Source of the DNA: Clostridia bacterium
GTDB taxonomy: Bacteria > Bacillota > Clostridia > JAAYHZ01
Assembly (NCBI GenBank): GCA_050950825.1
Contig: JBMNIH010000004.1
Location: 640,001 to 704,000, forward strand
Direction of reading: 5' to 3'
DNA length: 64,000 nucleotides
Below are positions 61,524 through 64,000 of the stretch, piece by piece. How positions within the stretch are numbered: position 1 is the stretch's first letter; every line of letters starts with the position of its first letter. Position numbers and translations under genes: made by a program. The notes below the pieces were generated by a model. The model was not told the DNA's origin. It saw only the letters and a list, made by a program, of their open reading frames with translations, and ran no database searches.

Positions 61524-63004
61524 ATGCGTAAAGTATTCATTCTGTTCAATATCATGTGCTTGCTAATGTTATGCGCTTGCACCGGTCCTCCTACACAACA
61601 CGGAGATTTTGGACCTGAGTTAGAGGAAGAGAGTTTTTTAGATCGTAGACCATGCAAGCCGGATCCGATATCGATTTGATTTTTCCCACGAAAGCTTGTG
61701 ATTTTAATGAAACTTACAGAGATTTTTAGTCCTATTTCTTTTGGAATAAAGATTTTATTGAATTGTATAAGGACCTGACACCTTATTTAATCCTTTGTCC
61801 GGATGTTTACGCCAACATGCAGCAATACGATTATGTCATGGATACGGTATCAAGAAGGGGGAAAATATACGCTTTATACGCGGGAGTTCCGGAAATCAGC
61901 CATATCGCACTTATCGTAAAGAAGGAAATTCTTCAAAAATACAATATTCTGTCCGTTGGCGGTTTTGATGATCTATACGGCTTGATGGAAAGAATGACGG
62001 AACAAGAAGGAAACAAGGAAGAGAACAAAATCTTTGTCAATGAACGAATATTGCTAAAAAACGCCGTAATAAAAGCATGCTATTACCTCGGTTATGACGG
62101 AAACAGAAATTTAAACCCCTACAACATTGTCTGCAAGCCGGATGATGAAGATTACAAACCGATATTATTAATAGAAGACACGGACGTTTTTGACGTCTTT
62201 TTCAACGAGTATGGCCGCTTTTTTCAACAATCCTATTTCAAACCGTTTCCTTACGATCCGCTTTCGGCTATAAAACCTGACGAACAGTTTTACCGATCTT
62301 TCTTTTCGAAAAACGGAGGCGGCATCTACTTACTCGACAACATTTTCTATTCGATCTATCGACTGTTCGATTATGACGAATATCCCGAAGAATATCCTTG
62401 GAACACATACAGCGCTTTTTTACTCGATAATGAGAATCCAATCGTAAATACCATCGACAGTATTCAGCTTATACTCGTCCCGTATACCTGCGATCAGCCG
62501 GAAAAGGCGATTAGCTTTGTCAATTGGCTGTTTACGGATGAAAAGATAGCCGACTTGTTAACCTTCGGTTCGAACCAAGGAAAATATCCTAACGATGCAT
62601 TTACCCGGGAAGGCAACATAATGTATAAAGAGCGAAATAGCGTATACCGGTTTTACAACTTGATTGCAAGTTTTTCCGACCGATTGCTTCCTTATGATAA
62701 TAAAGCATTGGACGTATCGGAGGAATACTTAAGATTAGCTCGTAAAGCCGTTTATCCGCCCTTGTATCGCCGGCTCGAATCCGTCCACAGTATACGATAC
62801 GAAGCTTATCAAAATGCATCCTATGCCTTTACGCAAAACGATACGATGAAAAAAAGAACGGAGTATATTACAAAAGCCGTTGAAGGCTTATTAAAAGATC
62901 CTCTCTTCGTAACGGCCTTCGAAATGAAGCGAGACTTGGACAATATGACAAATTGTGACGAGCTTATGCAATTTATTAATGAAAATATAAGGGGTATAGA
63001 TTAA
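61524..63004 (+). pseudogene. Disrupted lipoprotein solute-binding protein gene (DUF3502-type ABC SBP-like)
   Basis: ATG 61524 encodes a lipoprotein signal (MRKVFILFNIMCLLMLCA|C) that stops at 61679. A different frame carries QAGSDIDLIFP, a TAG at 61727-61729, then YKDLTPYL...GKIYAL...PEKAISFVNWLFTDEKIADLLTFG to 63004. Confidence 0.6.
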
Positions 63005-63057
63005 AGAGAATTCACTTTTTATCACTTTTTATCCGGTAAATTTGGCAAAAAAATTTG

Positions 63058-63086
63058 TAGACAAGAAAATTAGGGTATGATATAAT
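63058..63086 (+). promoter_or_regulatory. sigma-A promoter of the pyr operon
   Basis: TAGACA-17-TATAAT with extended TG. Confidence 0.7.
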
Positions 63087-63110
63087 TTGCAGAAATAAAA
63101 TTTCATATTG

Positions 63111-63209
63111 TCCTTTTAATGAGTCCGGAGAGGCGCAAAGGGAATCAACGATGAAGGTGATCATTCGATATTACCGGCTTTCCGCTTGCTCTATGGAAAG
63201 CTTTTTTTG
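63111..63209 (+). ncRNA. PyrR-binding loop and attenuator
   Basis: TCCTTT-taatg-AGTCCGGAGAGGC-gc-AAAGGGA binding loop, then terminator GCTTTCC...GGAAAGC plus a T run, directly upstream of pyrR. Confidence 0.85.
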
Positions 63210-63238
63210 TTGAAAGGACAGAAAAACAAGATATTTAG

Positions 63239-63781
<543 letters not shown>

Positions 63782-63793
63782 AGGGGGCGTTTT

Positions 63794-64000
63794 ATGATAT
63801 TAAAAAGCAAGGACCTATTGGGCCTTAAAGATATTACGAAAGAAGAGATTCAAGGCATTTTGGATACGGCTAAAACCATGAAGCTCATTATTCAATCCGG
63901 AACCAAAAAGACACCTCATCTTCAAGGAAAAACCGTCATTACGCTTTTTTACGAGAACAGCACAAGAACCCGTACATCCTTTGAGCTGGCCGCTAAGTAT
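63794..64000 (+). CDS. pyrB: Aspartate carbamoyltransferase catalytic subunit (3'-truncated by the window edge)
   Basis: [13 protein letters not shown]...[27 protein letters not shown] (STRT motif). Confidence 0.95.
   Translation, partial: MILKSKDLLGLKDITKEEIQGILDTAKTMKLIIQSGTKKTPHLQGKTVITLFYENSTRTRTSFELAAKY

Noticed and set aside
32794-61729. Amber readthrough or recoding suggested by in-frame TAGs at 32794 and 61727
   Set aside because: TAG is a normal stop for rodA, mraY, the DUF819 gene and two permeases; no pyl genes are in the window

Overview
Chromosomal, mostly housekeeping segment of a moderately low-GC Clostridia-like Firmicute (PolC, a Firmicute-type dcw cluster, rimP-nusA-ylxR-ylxQ-infB, PyrR attenuator). 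Order on the + strand: partial divergent gatA, gatB, GH127, HpcH aldolase, pta-ackA, uppS-cdsA-dxr-rseP-ispG-polC, (one minus-strand GH-like TIM barrel), rimP-nusA-ylxR-ylxQ-infB-rbfA-nrnA-truB-ribF, lgt-nagA-rodA, mraZ-rsmH-ftsL-PBP-murE-murF-mraY-ftsW/spoVE-murG. An accessory block follows (42-63 kb): DUF819 + YghO/bCerS-like GNAT; an 8-gene carbohydrate-uptake locus (giant ~1000-aa solute-binding protein, 4 permeases, NHL/TPR protein, Yip1, DUF5696-like protein); a Gfo/Idh/MocA oxidoreductase; a divergent GH4; a Nudix hydrolase; YfhO; and a broken lipoprotein SBP gene. The window ends with pyrR and the start of pyrB. Most notable: the 8-gene transporter/surface-protein locus, a PolC with no 3'-5' exonuclease domain, and a GatA whose glutaminase motifs are eroded. 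No rRNA, tRNA, CRISPR array or mobile element was recognised. All family calls come from motif recognition by eye, not from database searches.
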